Positions 12,198 through 26,098 of a stretch of DNA of 64,000 nt are shown one piece after another (within the stretch, counting starts at the first letter, position 1; every line of letters starts with the position of its first letter). The notes below the pieces were generated by a model. The model searched no databases and was not told the origin of the DNA. It saw only the letters and a program-made list of their open reading frames with translations. Origin of the DNA: Gracilinanus agilis. Its lineage: Eukaryota. The DNA lies in the NCBI RefSeq assembly GCF_016433145.1, contig NC_058132.1, positions 8,292,523-8,356,522 of the forward strand, read 5' to 3'. The translations under genes were made by a program, and so were the position numbers.

Positions 12198-15100
12198 AAG
12201 GGAAGGCAGGGCTGGGGCTCTCTACCGTGTCTGGGGGCCTCATGCCCTTCTGGCTGGCTCTCTGGTGGTCCCGCTCTCCCAGTAACCTGTGGAAAGGACC
12301 CAGGGTCACCCCGGCCTCCTGCGCCTTGGGCCGCCCTTGCACCCCAGCCTAACAAAAACTCCTCCCTGGGGCCTCCAAGCCTCATCTACCTTCCTGCCAA
12401 CAAAGGCCAGCCATTCCCATGCCTCTTTGCTTCCTGTGGGCTCCCAGGCCTATGGGCCTCTGTCCTGAACCCCCCCCCCCAGGCCCTTTGGAAGCTCAGC
12501 ATTCCAGGCCTTGCCCCGCAGAATGCTGGGGGAGGATCACCTCTGGGGGACCCCTACGTGGCCCCATCTTGGCTGCTCCCAGACAAGTCCAATTAGCGGC
12601 TCAGGCAGCAGCCTCATTAGGAACAGCACAGGAAGGAACTGAGCCAGAGAGGGAGCACGAGGGGGAGGGAGTCGGAGCTGGTGTGGGGCCAGGCCAGGCT
12701 GGGGGCACACACGTCGGGTCCCCAGAGCTGGGGGTGGGGTGGGCTAGGGCCCAGAGGGTCTCAGGGGATCCCTGTGTGGCCTGGGATGGCTCTCCAGCAG
12801 CCAGAGGGATTATGTCAGCTGGGCCACAGCCCGAGCGGAAGAGGGGAAGCCGAGGCAGGGAGCCTCTTCCCCTCGAACTCCTCACCATGAATTTTCCTCT
12901 TCCAAGCTGCTGAGCAATTCACTTGACTTCTCCGGGCCGGTTATCTGGGAAGGGAGTGGGGTGGGCCATCAGGGACCCCCCTTCCCCTGGATATCTGAAT
13001 TCTTCTGAATTCTGCTCTGGGCTGCCCAAGTGCCTCTGGAAGGCCATGAACGACGCTACCAGACTGCCCAAGGAGGCTACGATGCCAACGATGCCTAGGT
13101 GCCCTGGCCTGGGGCAGCCTAAAGGCGAGTGCTTCTATCACAGAAGTCCTGCCCCAGGCCTAGAATAGCCTCCCCTACCCAGGCTCGGGCCCCCAGAAGC
13201 CACCACTCCTCACTCACCACATCCTCGACTGGGGTTTTACCCAGGGGGACCCCGGTTCCTCCCATTCCATCCAGGGGCTCTCCCCATGGCTGAGCACCGC
13301 ACAGGGGGTTGAGAAGGCCTGGTCCCATGTCCTGTCTCTGCAAGAACAAGGGAAATGGTCGGGGCGAGGTGGGACCACGGACAGGAGGCAGGTGTGGCCT
13401 GGGTCTGAGCTGGGGAAGGACAAAGGGAAGCAGAGGCAGAGCCACAAGAGGGAGAGCACTAGACGCAGGGCTGGGCAGATGGGAAGAGGCTCGGGGCTGG
13501 ATAATGGGGGGGGGGCAGAGGTGGAGCTCAAGGGAGGCCCCACCTGGGGATGGAGGCATCTGGAGTGAGGCTAATGGGGGCAGCAGCTACCATCCTGGCC
13601 CCTCTCGCCCCAGCCCTCGGGGAGGGACAGGGCCAGCTGTGGGCTTGTTTGGAGCCCCCTGTTCTGTCTGGGGGTCTTCTACAAGGGAAGGGTCCCACGT
13701 CCTTTGCCGGGCTGTGACGTTCCCCCAGGTCGGAAGTCAGGACACTCCTTTGGGCTGTCCACTCCCACCCCAGGCCAGTCCCATGCTGTGGCTGGCAAGG
13801 GCAACTTGGGGGAGCCAAGAGTGCATCCGTCTGCCCCGTCCTTCGTGACAGGCTCACCTGCTGAATGGCCTCAATCTCCAGGCACAGGGACTGGGGGTGT
13901 AGCTTTATCCATCCACCTGTGATTCCTTGGGTCCCGTCCTGAAACCTGGCCAGGTCACGGACAAGTCCTTTTCCGTCTCTCCCCTCTGGCCCACCCCGGG
14001 CTACCCAGTCCAGGTTTTCTCTCCCAGGCACTAGCCTCCATCGGCTGGGCACTCACCCCTCGGGACCCTCGCGGCTCTGACTCAGCTGCTCCTCCAGGTG
14101 GGAGATTTTCTGCTTCAGCTCCTAGGGTTGAGGGAGTACAAGCCCCTTCTCCAGTTGCCCAGCTCTCTTCCTCCTCCTCCTCCTCCTCCCTCCCTCCCAG
14201 CTCCAGGACTGGGGCCCTCCTGTCCTCTCCCTCCATTGCAGTAGGAGGGTCTGATGACGAGAGACAGACAAACAGACCAAAAGGAGAGACAAAGATTGAA
14301 AAGAGAAGACAGAAACAGACTGGCAGAGACACTTGGGAGCGGGAACAGACGGGGCCGCCACAGACCAATATCCCTGCACGGGAAGGAGCTTTGTCTTTGG
14401 AGGGTTCCAGGCCAAACTGGCACTCAGCGTGGGGTCCTCTCTAGGGCCTCCCTCCTGGACAAGAGCTCCCCGAGCCTCTGCCTGGACACCCCTAGGGCCT
14501 AGGAGCTCCTTCCCTTCCCAGGCAGCCCAGCCCATCGTTGGACAACCATCGCCAAGGTACACGGCACAGAGGAAGCTGGGGCCCGGGAGGGAGGGAGGGA
14601 GGCGTGTGGGGGCTGCCCAGGGGCTCACCTGGATGGTGGCCCTATACTCCTCTAAGGCCTCAGTCAGATTCTCTGTCCGATTTGTCCGCTAGCAAACAGA
14701 GAAGCAGACCCACAGTCACTGGAGGGGACTGGCCGGGGAAGACGAGCCAGGGCCAGGTGCCCCGGGTGCCCAAGTTAACGGGTAGGTGGAGGCCGAGAAG
14801 GGCTCCTAGACCTCTGTCCATGCTGCCTGAGCCCAGGGACGGCCCCTGTCCTCTAGTCCTCCGACCTCAGGGGCACCCTGAGCAGGAGGAGGAGGGGAGG
14901 GCGGCCCCCCTGGCATGTTGACCCCCCCTTACTTCCCCATCCCACTCACCTCAGAGAGGATAGTGTCTCGGTGGCAAATGAGGCTCTCATACTCACACAG
15001 CTGACGCTGCAGGGAGGGAGAGGGGCCAGTCCATCTGTTCATGCCTGGGTTTGACCTGGAGCTCCCAGGAGGTCAGCTCGTCCTTCCCCCCACCTGCCAT

Positions 15101-18100
15101 GCCCCCTCCCCATCAAGACGCCTCTAGCAGTCTGCCTTTGAACCTTCCCTTCCTGGAGACTTGGCCCCCACCCGCCATCCCACCAGCCATTCCGTCACCA
15201 TCAGGGCCTGGAGAGAGCAGCCTCGTGCGCTGTGGCAGGAATTTGGAGTCAGGAGACCTGGGTCCAAATCCCAGCTCTGCCCCTGAGCAGCGGGTGACCT
15301 GGGGCAAGTCCCTTCCCCTCCTCTGGGTCTGTTTCTCCGTCTAGAAGAGAAGGACCCTGGCCTGGTGGATCACTACCACGTGTGCCGTTCTAAAGGCACT
15401 GATCTCTCCTAGACCAGATCTCCTTAGTGATGGGACCTGTCTTGAGGCAGGGCCCTGGGGGATCCTGGGGAGTACCCTCAAGGCCTCCTTCTCCATGGCT
15501 AGCTCCTCACTCCGCTTCTTCACACCATCCCTCTCCGCCAACAACTTCCCATTCTGGCAGGACACAGAGAAAAAAGAGCAGGCTAGAGGCTGGCCGGTCC
15601 AGCTGCCAGGCTCCATGAGCGAGCGCAGAAAAGGGAAGCAGCCTTTCTCCTAGCAGTGCCCCCATCCCGAGCGTGGGCCTGGGCCCGGGCTCCCGTCCAG
15701 CTCCCTGCGATGCTGTCTTCCTCAGCTGCCTTTGGCCGCCCGCTGAAGGGCAGGGGAAGGACAAGGTGGCCAGGTTGCTGAGTCACCACCTGGCCAGCTG
15801 GCAGGGGCAGGGATGGGGGGGTCACTGTGGGGGCATCTCCATTGAGGCCCAGGATCGCTTTAGCGGCCTTTGGCTGCAGCCTCCGCTGGTGGCACGCCGG
15901 CTGGTGGGGCCGGTCCTGGGCCAGCCTGTCCTCACGTGCTGACAAGGGTGCCCTCCAGCTCCCAGGCCTGGGGTCCCCGGGCCCCAGGGGGTGCCAGAGG
16001 TGGATCGTGCCTGGGCCCTACCAACACAGAACAGGACCATCTGGCCTGGCAGCTTCACTGGGGCTCTGGGCTAACTCCAAGAGTGGCTGGGTCTAAGGCT
16101 AAGATGACGTCCTCAGCTTTATTTAATGGCAACTCAGCAGCTCCAGAGCTCCGTGGCCATGGAGCCAGACGACCTACGTCCCAGTCCCGGCTTTGCTTCT
16201 CACGCTTTGGGGAGCTCGTGCCCGTACCTGTCAGGACTCAGTTTCCCCACTGGCACAATGGCGGGACTGGCCCAGAATACTGAAGTGCCCCTGACTGACG
16301 TCCGTGTGGCCTTGGGCACAAGCTTCCCTGACTTGAGCCTTGGCTTTGACTTCTAGAAAGGGCCTTTTTGATCTTAGCCCCTTCCAGCCCTGATTCTGGG
16401 GCTGATGACCTCGGGGGCAGCTGCTCTCTTGCCCTGGGAGATCCCGGGCCCTGGCGTGGCCCCTGGGTTGGAATGAACCTTGACCTGGAAGGCGGGCAGC
16501 ATCCCCAACCCCCTCCCAGGCAGTTCCTGGATGTGCCCATCAGCCACCTGGGCCCACAAAGCCAGGGCTGTGTTAGAGCCAGCTCTTATCGGCTCCCGAA
16601 GGCTAATTTCCAGTGTGAGCACTTACACCCCAAATCCCCACACCTGCACCCTGGGGCCTTGCTTGTCTGTTCTGTTGGCTGTCTGGACTTTTCAAAGGGA
16701 AGGAGAGAAAGCAGTCCTGCTGGCTACATTTCAAAGGATGTCCCCAGTTCATTGCTGCCTTTTTTTCCCCTGGGGAGCCTGTTGTGGGTCACTTTTAGCT
16801 CCTGCCCAAAACCCTCTCTCACCCCCCAAGCCTACCTCTTCCTGCAGGGTCTCCACTTCAGCTACCAGCTGTTGCTGCTCTTTTTCCTGCCCAGGAATGA
16901 GAGGGAAAACCCAAGCCCATCACTGGGCGCCCAGCCCTCCCCTCCTCTTCCCTCTGGAGCAAGGCTGAAGGGGCATTTGTGGGCCTCGGGCTCAGAGCCC
17001 CACTGAGCTGGGCCAGTCTTGTAGCAGCTGAAGGAATGGCAGCGACACAGGCCTAGGACCGCCCAGAGGAAGGAAGGCTTCATGCTTTCCCATTGTAGAC
17101 TTGATCCCAGGCTCTCCCCTCTTCCTTTCCCCCCTTACCTGCTGCCCATCTATCCCTTAAAAGCATTCTCAGAGGAGCCTCTGGGGCTTGGGAGAGGCCC
17201 CGAGGCCCCATGCCAGCAGTGGGGGGAAAGGATGGGGGAAGGCCTTTCTGTGGGGCCCTGGCCTGGGCCCTCAAGGGCTCACCGTCTGCCGGGCCTGGGC
17301 CACGAGGCTTCGATTCTTCTCCTCCAGGCTCTTGGCCAAACTCTTCATATCTTCTAGTTCCTCATCCACAGCCTTGGCAAACTGCAAGGCCTGCTGGGAA
17401 CTGAACCAAGAAAGGTAGGGGAGAGGTAGAGGATTCAAATGGACACCTGGGGGAAAAGTTGGGGTAAGGGAGAAAATGTGAAAGGGGTGAGAGTGGAGGA
17501 GAGCTGGCTCTGGAAGGAGGGCCCCAAGGCCCTGGGAGTCATCTGAGGCACATGGGGAGATGAGGGGAAGTGTAGGTGGGAGAAGCAGGGCCAAGGCCAA
17601 GGTGGAGTAGAGACCTGCGGAGCTGCTTTCGCAGGGAGGCCAGCTCCTCCCCCAGCCGGGCGGCCCCCTCATCGGCGGTCTCCACACTTCTCTGGAGTTT
17701 GGCGTTCTCCCCCACCAGCCTCCGATTGCTGAGTTCCAGCTCCTCCAGGCTGCTGAGCAGTTCTGCTGTGGCCAGCCTGCAGGAGAAAGGAGGGACAGCT
17801 TGGCCATCGGGGCCAGTCCCTGCCTCCCGCTTCCTGGGCCTCGTCTCTGAGAGGGGGGTTGGCACGACCCGGGCTTGGGCTCCATCCAGGTGGAGGAGGC
17901 CTCGCTCTCCACTTGTCTCCGTTTCCCCCTACCTCTATGGAGGTCTTCCCCAGGAGCCGAGGGGCCGAGGACTTCCACCCCGAGCTTACCTTGTGTGCAT
18001 GTATGTATGCACACACAGGGGGCCTCTCTCTTTACTTCCTTGAAGGCAGACTATTTACTTTTTGTCCCTTTCTTTCTATCACCTAGTGGAGCGCCCAGTG

Positions 18101-21100
18101 CACAGGAGATGCCTAATAAGTGCTTGTTGTCGGACCAGTGGCTCCCCGTGAGGCCTACTTACAGCTCAGGCCCAGTTTCCTCGTCTTCATAGCTCTCAGG
18201 TTGGGCAGAGTCTCCTAAGTCAATATGGACACACAGACACCCCAGACACCATGAGCATAGCCCAGGCACTGCTCTGTGAGACCCCCAAGATCACGCACCC
18301 CCTGCATTGGGACCAATTGAGACCCTTCCCTAGGAGGGAAGAGCGTCACACCGAATCATTGCATTTAGGGCCCATAAGAGCATTAGGACTCATTGGGTCA
18401 AACCCATTTCACAGACGAGAAAACTGAGGCCCAGAGAGGCCAAGGGACTTTCCTTGGATCAAAGTGGATAGTGGAAAAAGGTCTTATGATTCTCTATCCA
18501 ATGCTGTCCATTCTCCTGAACCCAGAAAGGGGTGGAGGGTCGGGGAGGAGGGAGCCTGGGGAAGGCCCACAAGGGCCAGGGTGAGGCAGAGCCCTTGACT
18601 GGGGCTCTCAGTCAGGCTGTGGTAAGGGGGCCGGCCTTCCTGGCTCCCTGGGAAGTCCCCCCGCCATCTGACCCTGTACTTGCCTGCTGCAGGCTATAAA
18701 TAGAGTCCTCACCAGATGGCAGAAGGCTGGGTTCCCCGGCCGCCTCGTCTTCCAGCTCTAATCCCCTGCATCAAAGAGAGGAAGCTCAGAAATCCTGCAG
18801 GCCCGGCCCTCCTGGGCTAGCAGCAGCAGGAAAGCCTAGGCTGGAGGAGGAGGCCCAGCAGGATGGCCAGGGAGGCCAGATGGTGAGTGAGCGCCCAGGG
18901 CCAGATGGGAAAGATGAAGGGATGGTAGGAGAGACAAAGAGGATGGATGGATGGGGACCGTGCCCCCTTCCCTCTCCCTCCCCAGCTTTAACAGCCACCA
19001 AGGTAGGGCCCTCCGGGGAGAGAACGGGGATGAGAGGTGGTACCCACGGTCCCAGTTGGCAGGTGGCGATCCAGCCCTGCATGATGCTGAAGAAGGTGGC
19101 TCGGTCTACGGTGGCGGTGGGGCCCTCCCCACGGGGGTCCAGGGCCTGGCCCAAGTTGCACAGGTCACTGTCCTGGGGACCCCGTCCTGTCACTGCTTCC
19201 AGGTAGGCCAGAACCTGACCCACAGCTACCACACCTAGAGGTGGCAGGGAGGGCCCTGGGCTAAGTTCAGGCCCCCGCCAGGGTCCTCTGGTCCAGTTCT
19301 AAGTATTTCCAGGGCATCTTCTTCCCCAGGATACCCTATTCTTCTCCTCCCTTCCAAGGCTCCTGAGCCTGAGCCATCCCCTTTCCCCAGAGCCCTCAGT
19401 CTCCCCCCATTCCCTCAATCAAGTCAGCCAATCGCTTTCCCCTAAGGGTCCCCAGGCCAGGTCAGCCCCTTACACTAGAGTTCCATGTTCTATCCTCTTT
19501 CCCACAAGGTTCTCAGTCCAGGCCATTCTCATCCCCATGATCCCCCAGCCTGGTACCCCTTCTTGTCACCTTTCTTCTCTGAGTCACAAGCTTCAAAAGT
19601 AGAACTGAGCACCTGCTCCTCCAGGCTAAGTGTGGTTCCGAGCCCCCATTCCTCAGGCTGATCCCAAAGCACCACTAAGGAGAGAAGAGAGATCAGAAGG
19701 GCAAAGATAGGGAGAACTTCATTAGGCCCAGGCACCAGCCCCTCTAGGTGCACATCCTTCCTTCTCCAACAGATCTCCATCCTCTATCATCCTCACTTGC
19801 ACTTGTCTCCAGTCTCTTCCTGCCTACTGGCTGCTTCCCTACTGCCTAAAGACATGCCCTTGTCTCAACCCTCCTCCCCTAAAAGCCCTCCCTTGGTCCT
19901 TTACCCCGATACCTGCCTTCTTACATTCCCAGAGATGGCCATGTAAAATCTGTGCCTCCACTTCCTCTCCTCTCTCTTTCCAACTTTCTTTAAAGTTTCT
20001 AAAGTGAATTGCCTGTCCTCGATACTTGTTCCACTCCTGCTCACTCTCTCTTCGACATGCCCTCCATGAAGGTTTCTGACTCCCTCCTCCCTCTCTGGCT
20101 GCTCCTTCCCTGGATCCTTTTCTAGACTCCTCCTTCTTCTCATGGTTGTCCCCCAGGGTTCTGTCTGGGGCCCTCTTTTCTTCTCCCTCTAGACTCCTTC
20201 ACTTGGTGATCTCATCTGCTCCCATGGACTTCATGCCCATCTCAAAGGTGATTCCGAACTCTACTCATCTGGCCCTCCTTCTCCCCACTTCAGACTTACA
20301 TGTCCAACTGCCTATTGGGCACCTCTAGTTGGACGTCCCCCATCAGCATCTGAATATGTCCAAAAATGTACTCGTCATCTTCCCCCAAACCCTTTTCCTC
20401 TCCCAAACTTCCCTGTTACTGTTAAGGGCAACACTATCGCCCCAGTGACCTAAGCTGAAAAACGAAATATCTTTGAACTGTCCCACCCCTGTCCAGTCTG
20501 TCGACATCCCTTGAATACCTCACCTTCCCTCTTCTGCCACTGCCACCACCGGGGAAGCCCTCTTCACCTTAAGCCGGAATCACTATACCAGCTACACCTC
20601 CCCACTACAGAACATCCTGCCCTCAACTTCCAAACTGACCTCCCTAAAACGAAGGAACCAACCATGTTCTCTGTCCCGCCAGTAATGTCCCCCTCCAGGA
20701 TCAAAAACAAACCCTCTGCTTGGTACTCAAAGTCCTTCGTAACCCACCATTCCTCCCGTCCAGTCTTAAGACTTCACCCCATTCCACGGACTCTAGGAGC
20801 CAGTGTCCAGGCCTTGCTGTTCTGCCCACAAGACCCTCCCTCTCCTCCTTCTAGGTTCTTTCTTTGGCTATCCCCCACGTCTGGAACTCTCTCTCTCAAC
20901 ACCTCCACTCTGTCTTCCCTGGTTTTCTCCAGGCCCAGCTAGATCTCCACCATCTATGGGAAGCCTTCCCCGATACTCCTTAATTCTAGTGAGGTGTCTC
21001 TGTTGACCATCTCTGATAATATCCCGCCTGTTTCCCCAGTTAGACGGTGAACTCCTAGAATGCAGGGACTCTTTGACTCTTTTCTGCGGATCCCAGAACT

Positions 21101-24100
21101 TAGCACAAGCCTGGCACCTGATAGACACTTAATAATGTTCGTCGATGAGTCCTGAGATCAGAGCAGGCTATTCTCCAGGCACAAACACCTAGTTTTTCCT
21201 GAAAATGTGGGCCCATGGAGGACAGGAAGGATGGGCATAGTGATGAATAATATCCCCCAAGAAAGGGGTTAGAGGAAAGGGGAGGAAAGGAGGGGGCTTA
21301 TCTTGCTTGCTTGCAAGATCTTTCAATATTCTAATCTCCTCCCTTCTGCCATAGCCAACAGGACAGTTGGAGAGCAATGCTGGTAAGGAAGCAGGGAGGT
21401 GGGCAGTTCAGGAGCATAGAATACTGGGAGGAGCGGAGAGCCCCAAGCGGCAAGAACAATCCAATAACTGTCGGGAAGACTGCATTGATCCTAGGCGGGA
21501 TTGTCTCCGGCTGTCTGACCCCCGTCTCTGACCCAGACCTCTCCGTAAATTATCCAGCTGTGTTCCACTCTATCCCAACATCATCAGGCCAACAAAGAGG
21601 AAGCCAGAGAGATGGGTCCTTGGACAGAGTCAAGGTCTTTCTTACCTTTGGGCACCTTTCCTGGTGTTTAAGTCGTCTCTTCCCTCCCTACCCATCTCTG
21701 CCAGGTCCATATTCCTGTCTTTTCCTTTCGGCGGTGAGCTTTGCCACGTCCTAGGTCCATCTCTGTACTTCACTGCTAGGCAGTGGGGCGCTTAGACATC
21801 TTTTCTTTGCCGCTTTTAGTTCCGGTCATTTCCCATCTTCAGAGGCCCTCCTTTTGAGCCTCTCAATGCCTGTATCTCCTACCTTTCTGGCAATGTCTCA
21901 TCTGTCTCTCTCTGACCACCTATCGGTGTTAATCTCTTTGTCTTGCAACATTTCTCCATCCGTCTCACACGTCTCTGTGCTCATCTGCCTTTGTCTCTCC
22001 CTGTGTCGCCTTTTCCTGTCCCTGGTCTAACCATGTCCTTCCCATCTCTGCCTCGCTCTCCTGTCTCTTTCTCTTCCACAACCCAAACTTTTCCATCTTT
22101 GTCTCTCATTTCTGTTTCTCCCCATCCCATCCTCATGCCTCTGTCTCTGTCTGTGCATCTTTGGAAGCGCAGAGTATCAGAGCTGGGAGGGTTCAGAGCT
22201 CAATGAATCCAACCTAGTAAGGGCAAGACCTGCTTTCATTTTTGCTGTTGTACCCATCGTGCCTAGAACAGCACCTGGTACACAGCAGGAGCTTAAGAGC
22301 CCCTTCGGCTTCTTAAAATAAACAGAACCTATGCCTTAAAAAGAATCCTTCCAGCATAACCAAAGGCCTTAGATTGAAGGATTTTATGAGGGGGGACCCC
22401 ACTGCTCCCAGAGGCAGCCCATTCCCTAGTTGGATAGCTTTGATTGCTGGGAAATTTCCCCTAAGAGTCAGCCTACACCTGCTTCTCTGTAACTTCCACT
22501 TATTGTTCCTAGATCTGCCTTCTGGGGCCATGCAGAACAAGTCTAATTAATCTTCTAAATACTTACTCCAGCACAGCTATTTTGTGCCCTGTAAGCATGC
22601 CCTCTCTAGGACAAGCTAAGCATTTCACCAAACAGGCCTCTCAGCCTATCAGTAGTGTTCCTGTAATGCTGTGCTTGGAACTGGCCAGGAGCGAGGGCGA
22701 TGGCACTGTCATTTCCCTTCTGAGGCCATCTTATCATATTGTAGACTTTTACTGATGATGTGCTGTGGATCAAGTGCCAGGCCTAGAGTCAGGAAGACTC
22801 ATCTCCCCGAGTTCAAATCTGAGCTCCGACGCTCATTAGCTGTGTGACTCCGGACAAGTCACTTCACCCTGTTTGCCTCAGGTTCCTCATTTGTAAAATG
22901 ACTGTGACAAGGAAATGGTAAACCCTCTTATAACTTTACAAAAAAAAAATCCTAAACAGGGTCAAAAGAATCAGACACAACTATAAAATGACTGAGCAAT
23001 GAGTTTGCTAAAACCCTCAGATATTCCGTAGGTAGGTCACTCCTCTACTCAACACATTGACTGGCTCCTTATTGCCTTTAGGATCAAATATCACAGGGCC
23101 ACAGGATCTGAGAGTTGGAAGAGCCCTCTGAGGCTAATTTGTCCATCTAAACTTGTTTTGCTTCCTAAGCCCTTCTCAATCCAGTTTCAACCTCTGATCC
23201 CTGTTCTAGATTATTTCCCCTTCTTGCTGTTCTCATATACAATAAAGTATCTCGTCTCAGTGCCTTGGAATTGGCTTGACCTCTGCATTTTCTTCCTTTC
23301 TAGTTCACAAAGCCCCATTTCCTGCAAAACTCATCTGAAGCAGTACCTTCTACCTGAAGCTTTTCCAGATCACTCCAGATCACAAAGCATTTGTATATAT
23401 TCATGTATGTACACGTTGTCTCCCCTCTTAGACTGCAAGTTCCTTGAGGACAGTGACTTTTATTTTTCTTTGTATCCAAAGCTCTCAGCATATTACCTGG
23501 TACACATCAGGTACTGAACAAATGCTTATTTTGATTTGATTTTCATCCACTCTGTTTGCTGTCCTTCCAAGCTATGTGTTGTTTGCAAATTAGATCGTAT
23601 GTCATTTATGCCTTCAGCCAAGTCACGAATAGAAATAGCACCAAGTTCTAGGGCAGCGTTGGGGAAGTATTAGTTCTTGTGCAGGGGCCAGCACCAGGGA
23701 GGTGCTCCGTTCCCCTCTTCCCAGCCCCCAGGACATTTTTCTGCATGCCCCACTCCTCTGTCCAGAGGCCCAAAGCGAGCATTTCTTTCCTCCACTCTCT
23801 TGAGTAATGTGGGAAGGCCCACAGGCAACTTGAAATTGCAGTTTGGGCAGGAGAACTCAAAAACCTTTGCCAACACTGTCCTGGGGTACTCCACTGAAGA
23901 CCTCTTTCCAGGTGAATCCAGAAAAACTCATTATCATCCTTCTGGTGTGGTCACACAACCTGTTTTGCAAAGACTTATGTCATCTAGCCCTCATCTCTTC
24001 ATCTAATCAAGTCAACGTGGGAGACTCTGTCAAATCTTGCCCAAATCTTGGTAAACATCACCATCACATTTCTCAGATCTTTTCATAAAATAACCCTTTC

Positions 24101-26098
24101 ACACAAGGAAGAGAGGATACGCCTGGCATGACACCTGGAGGAAGCCACCAGGTCCATCAACACTGTTTCCTCTTTGGGATGTTTATTCATTAACACTTGA
24201 ATAGGACGCTATGGAATTTTGACTCCAGTTAAAAGTCAATCTTGCTGGCTTATAGTCTACACACTTCCATTTTCTTCTCTTTGTTGAAAATTGGGATATC
24301 TGTTCTTTCTCCAGTCTTCTTCCTGTCTTCTGCTCTCCGGGCCATTTCACGGATCACTGATTGTTCCCAGAACTTACCTTTACTGTACAACTTACAATTC
24401 TTTCAGTGTTCTAAGATATTGTTCATCTGGGCTCGATGACTTGTAGCCCATCGAAGCCTCTCAACTCATCTTGGATTTCTACCCCATTAGCCAATTTTAC
24501 TCTCCTTTCCAATTCAAGATCATTCTCTTCGATGGGACAAACAGAATTTAAGGAAGAGTTGTGTATTTTTTAAGACTTTCATGTATTGTCATCATTCTCT
24601 TCACAACCAGCAGTGACCGAGTTATTCCTTCCTGGGTCCCCCTCTTTCCCTCCTCTAGACAGAAACCCTGTCTCCATTGTCTTCAGCATTTATTGCCTGC
24701 CTCAGTTCAATCTGAACTTTGATACTACAGATGCTCAGAGGACTGTGTAACGATTTTATATTCAATCCTAGTTATCGGCCCTTGCTTCTATCTTCTACCA
24801 ATTACCATTATCTTTAGGAAACCTAAATTGGCTGCCGTTTCCTTAAAAAACCCACACCTATGGACATGACTCTCTCTTCTCCTCTTTTATCAGAATCAAT
24901 TTCCTTTGTATCTTCAGAATTTCATTTTTAGGAGCCAACCACTGCCTCCTGGACCAACTAGAGAAGTTTATGCAATGAGATGTTCTCTATCCTTTGTCTG
25001 AACATTGTTTTTTTAAACCCTCACTGTCTTAGTAACAACTCTAAGACAGAAGGACATGGGCTAGGCAAACGGGGTTAAGTGACTTGTTCAGGGTCACACA
25101 ACTAGGAAGTCTTTGAGGCTACATTTGAATCCAGGTCCTCCTGTTTCTCAGCTTGGTGCGCTATCCACTGGGCCACCTAGCTGCCTCTTTTTTGAACAAT
25201 TTTCAGTCTGCTTTCTACAAATCTAGAGCATTAAGACTCTGCCTGGCTTTCTTCTCTGCTGTTACAAAGATGGAAGGGTGATTTCCCCTCTCCCCTCCCT
25301 CAAACTGCCATCATTTCTGCCCCAGTGTGAGAGAAGTGCTTCCAGGGTAACACTTCCCCTCCCTGTTGCAGCAAACCCTCTGACTTCATGGCCCTCTCAC
25401 ACAACCTTGGTTTGGGTCTGGGCACTTGACAGGGAGAGACCCAGGCAAAGATATCCCTGAGCCCCTGGAGGATCTGGAAGGATGGCCAGTGAGACTTGGG
25501 GGTTCCCTGACCAGCCCAGCTCAGTCTCAGTCTGCCCTCTGTAGGCACAGGGCTGCTTCCACCTAGACAAACTCCCTGGTCTGAGGGATCCTCAGGTTAG
25601 AGCTGAGTGATACCAAAGACATTTAGGGCTAGTCCGGCTCCTCTCCCCACATTTTACAGGGAAGAAAATTGGGACTTTCCTGATGTTAACCAGAGAAGTT
25701 CAGTGGCAAGGTCACAGCCACAAAGTGGCCAAGTTAGGAACAGAACCAGGCCTTCTAACCCTCAAAGCGGCTTTGTCTCTGCTGGACTTCTGTAAAGTGA
25801 GCCAGGGAGGCCTAACAGTGGACATTAGCCTTTCTCTCCCTCTACATGTGAGGAAACTGAGGCCAGGCCAGGCCCTAGTCCCATGACAGCACTCTTAACC
25901 CTTCCCTAGTTAGACCTAGTGGCTGAGGCTCCCCTGCCCTCAGGCTGCATCTATGAGAAAGTTTTCTGGGTCATTTTTAGAAGCCCCCTTTGGCTACCAG
26001 TGTCCCATGCTCCTTGGCCCTGTGACCACCTCACCAGCAACATGATTGCTGTGGCTGAAGCCCCTGGGCCTTCTGCTTCCACGTCTGTCCCCTAGCAT
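9798..26098 (-). CDS. KASH5: KASH domain-containing protein 5 (CCDC155), meiotic LINC complex outer-nuclear-membrane dynein adaptor, about 589 aa
   Basis: Coding exons 5'->3' on minus: 26098-26035 (inferred first), 19674-19570, 19234-19048, 18765-18713, 18214-18163, 17776-17615, 17400-17283, 16886-16836, 15553-15476, 15006-14950, 14688-14629, 14121-14057, 13945-13858, 13337-13218, 12944-12886, 12286-12226, 10970-10932, 10762-10698, 10530-10399, 9951-9798. All are AG/GT bounded with matching phases; total 1770 nt. Peptides SLEEQVLSSTFEACD, VAVGQVLAYLEAVTG, LELSNRRLVGENAKLQRS, NGKLLAERDGVKKRS and the TM+KASH end WPHLQLHYFRPPPV* match recalled human KASH5. The first exon and linker exons (12944-10698) are less certain. 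Confidence 0.93.
10000..10320. repeat. Minisatellite (ccccatggt/ccctatggt, about 9-10 bp unit) in the last KASH5 intron
   Basis: About 30 degenerate units; explains the PYGP/MVP low-complexity ORFs in the track. Confidence 0.9.
11305..11475 (+). mobile_element. CORE-SINE
   Basis: gggtggctcagtggataga...gggttcaaat...gtgaccctgggcaagtcacttgacc. Confidence 0.8.
12162..12196. repeat. (TG)n microsatellite
   Basis: Perfect dinucleotide run. Confidence 0.95.
19780..21135 (+). mobile_element. LINE-2 fragment (RT to 3' end)
   Basis: gttgtcccccagggttctgtctggggccctctttt (VPQGSVLGPLLF) and the L2 3' tail ttagcacaagcctggcacctgatag...cttaataatg. Confidence 0.8.
22330..22555 (-). mobile_element. L3/CR1 3' fragment
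   Basis: Minus ORF RNNKWKLQRSRCRLTLRGNF...GNGLPLGAVGSP resembles the CR1 ORF2 C-terminus. Confidence 0.75.
22765..23000 (+). mobile_element. MAR1-like SINE
   Basis: tRNA-like head, CORE, and RTE-type tail gtcaaaagaatcagacacaac...gactgagcaa. Confidence 0.75.
23530..24870 (-). mobile_element. Degraded L3/CR1 ORF2
   Basis: CR1-like reverse-strand RT-region sequence (ttcagccaagtca, gacttatgtcatctagccc). Confidence 0.55.
25010..25187 (-). mobile_element. CORE-SINE
   Basis: ttttaaaccctcact...gggttaagtgacttgttcagggtcacacaactagg...cacctagctgcct. Confidence 0.8.

Noticed and set aside
18820-18890. Plus-strand exon-like stretch ending ATG|GTGAGT
   Set aside because: Lies within a KASH5 intron on the opposite strand, with no partner exons.
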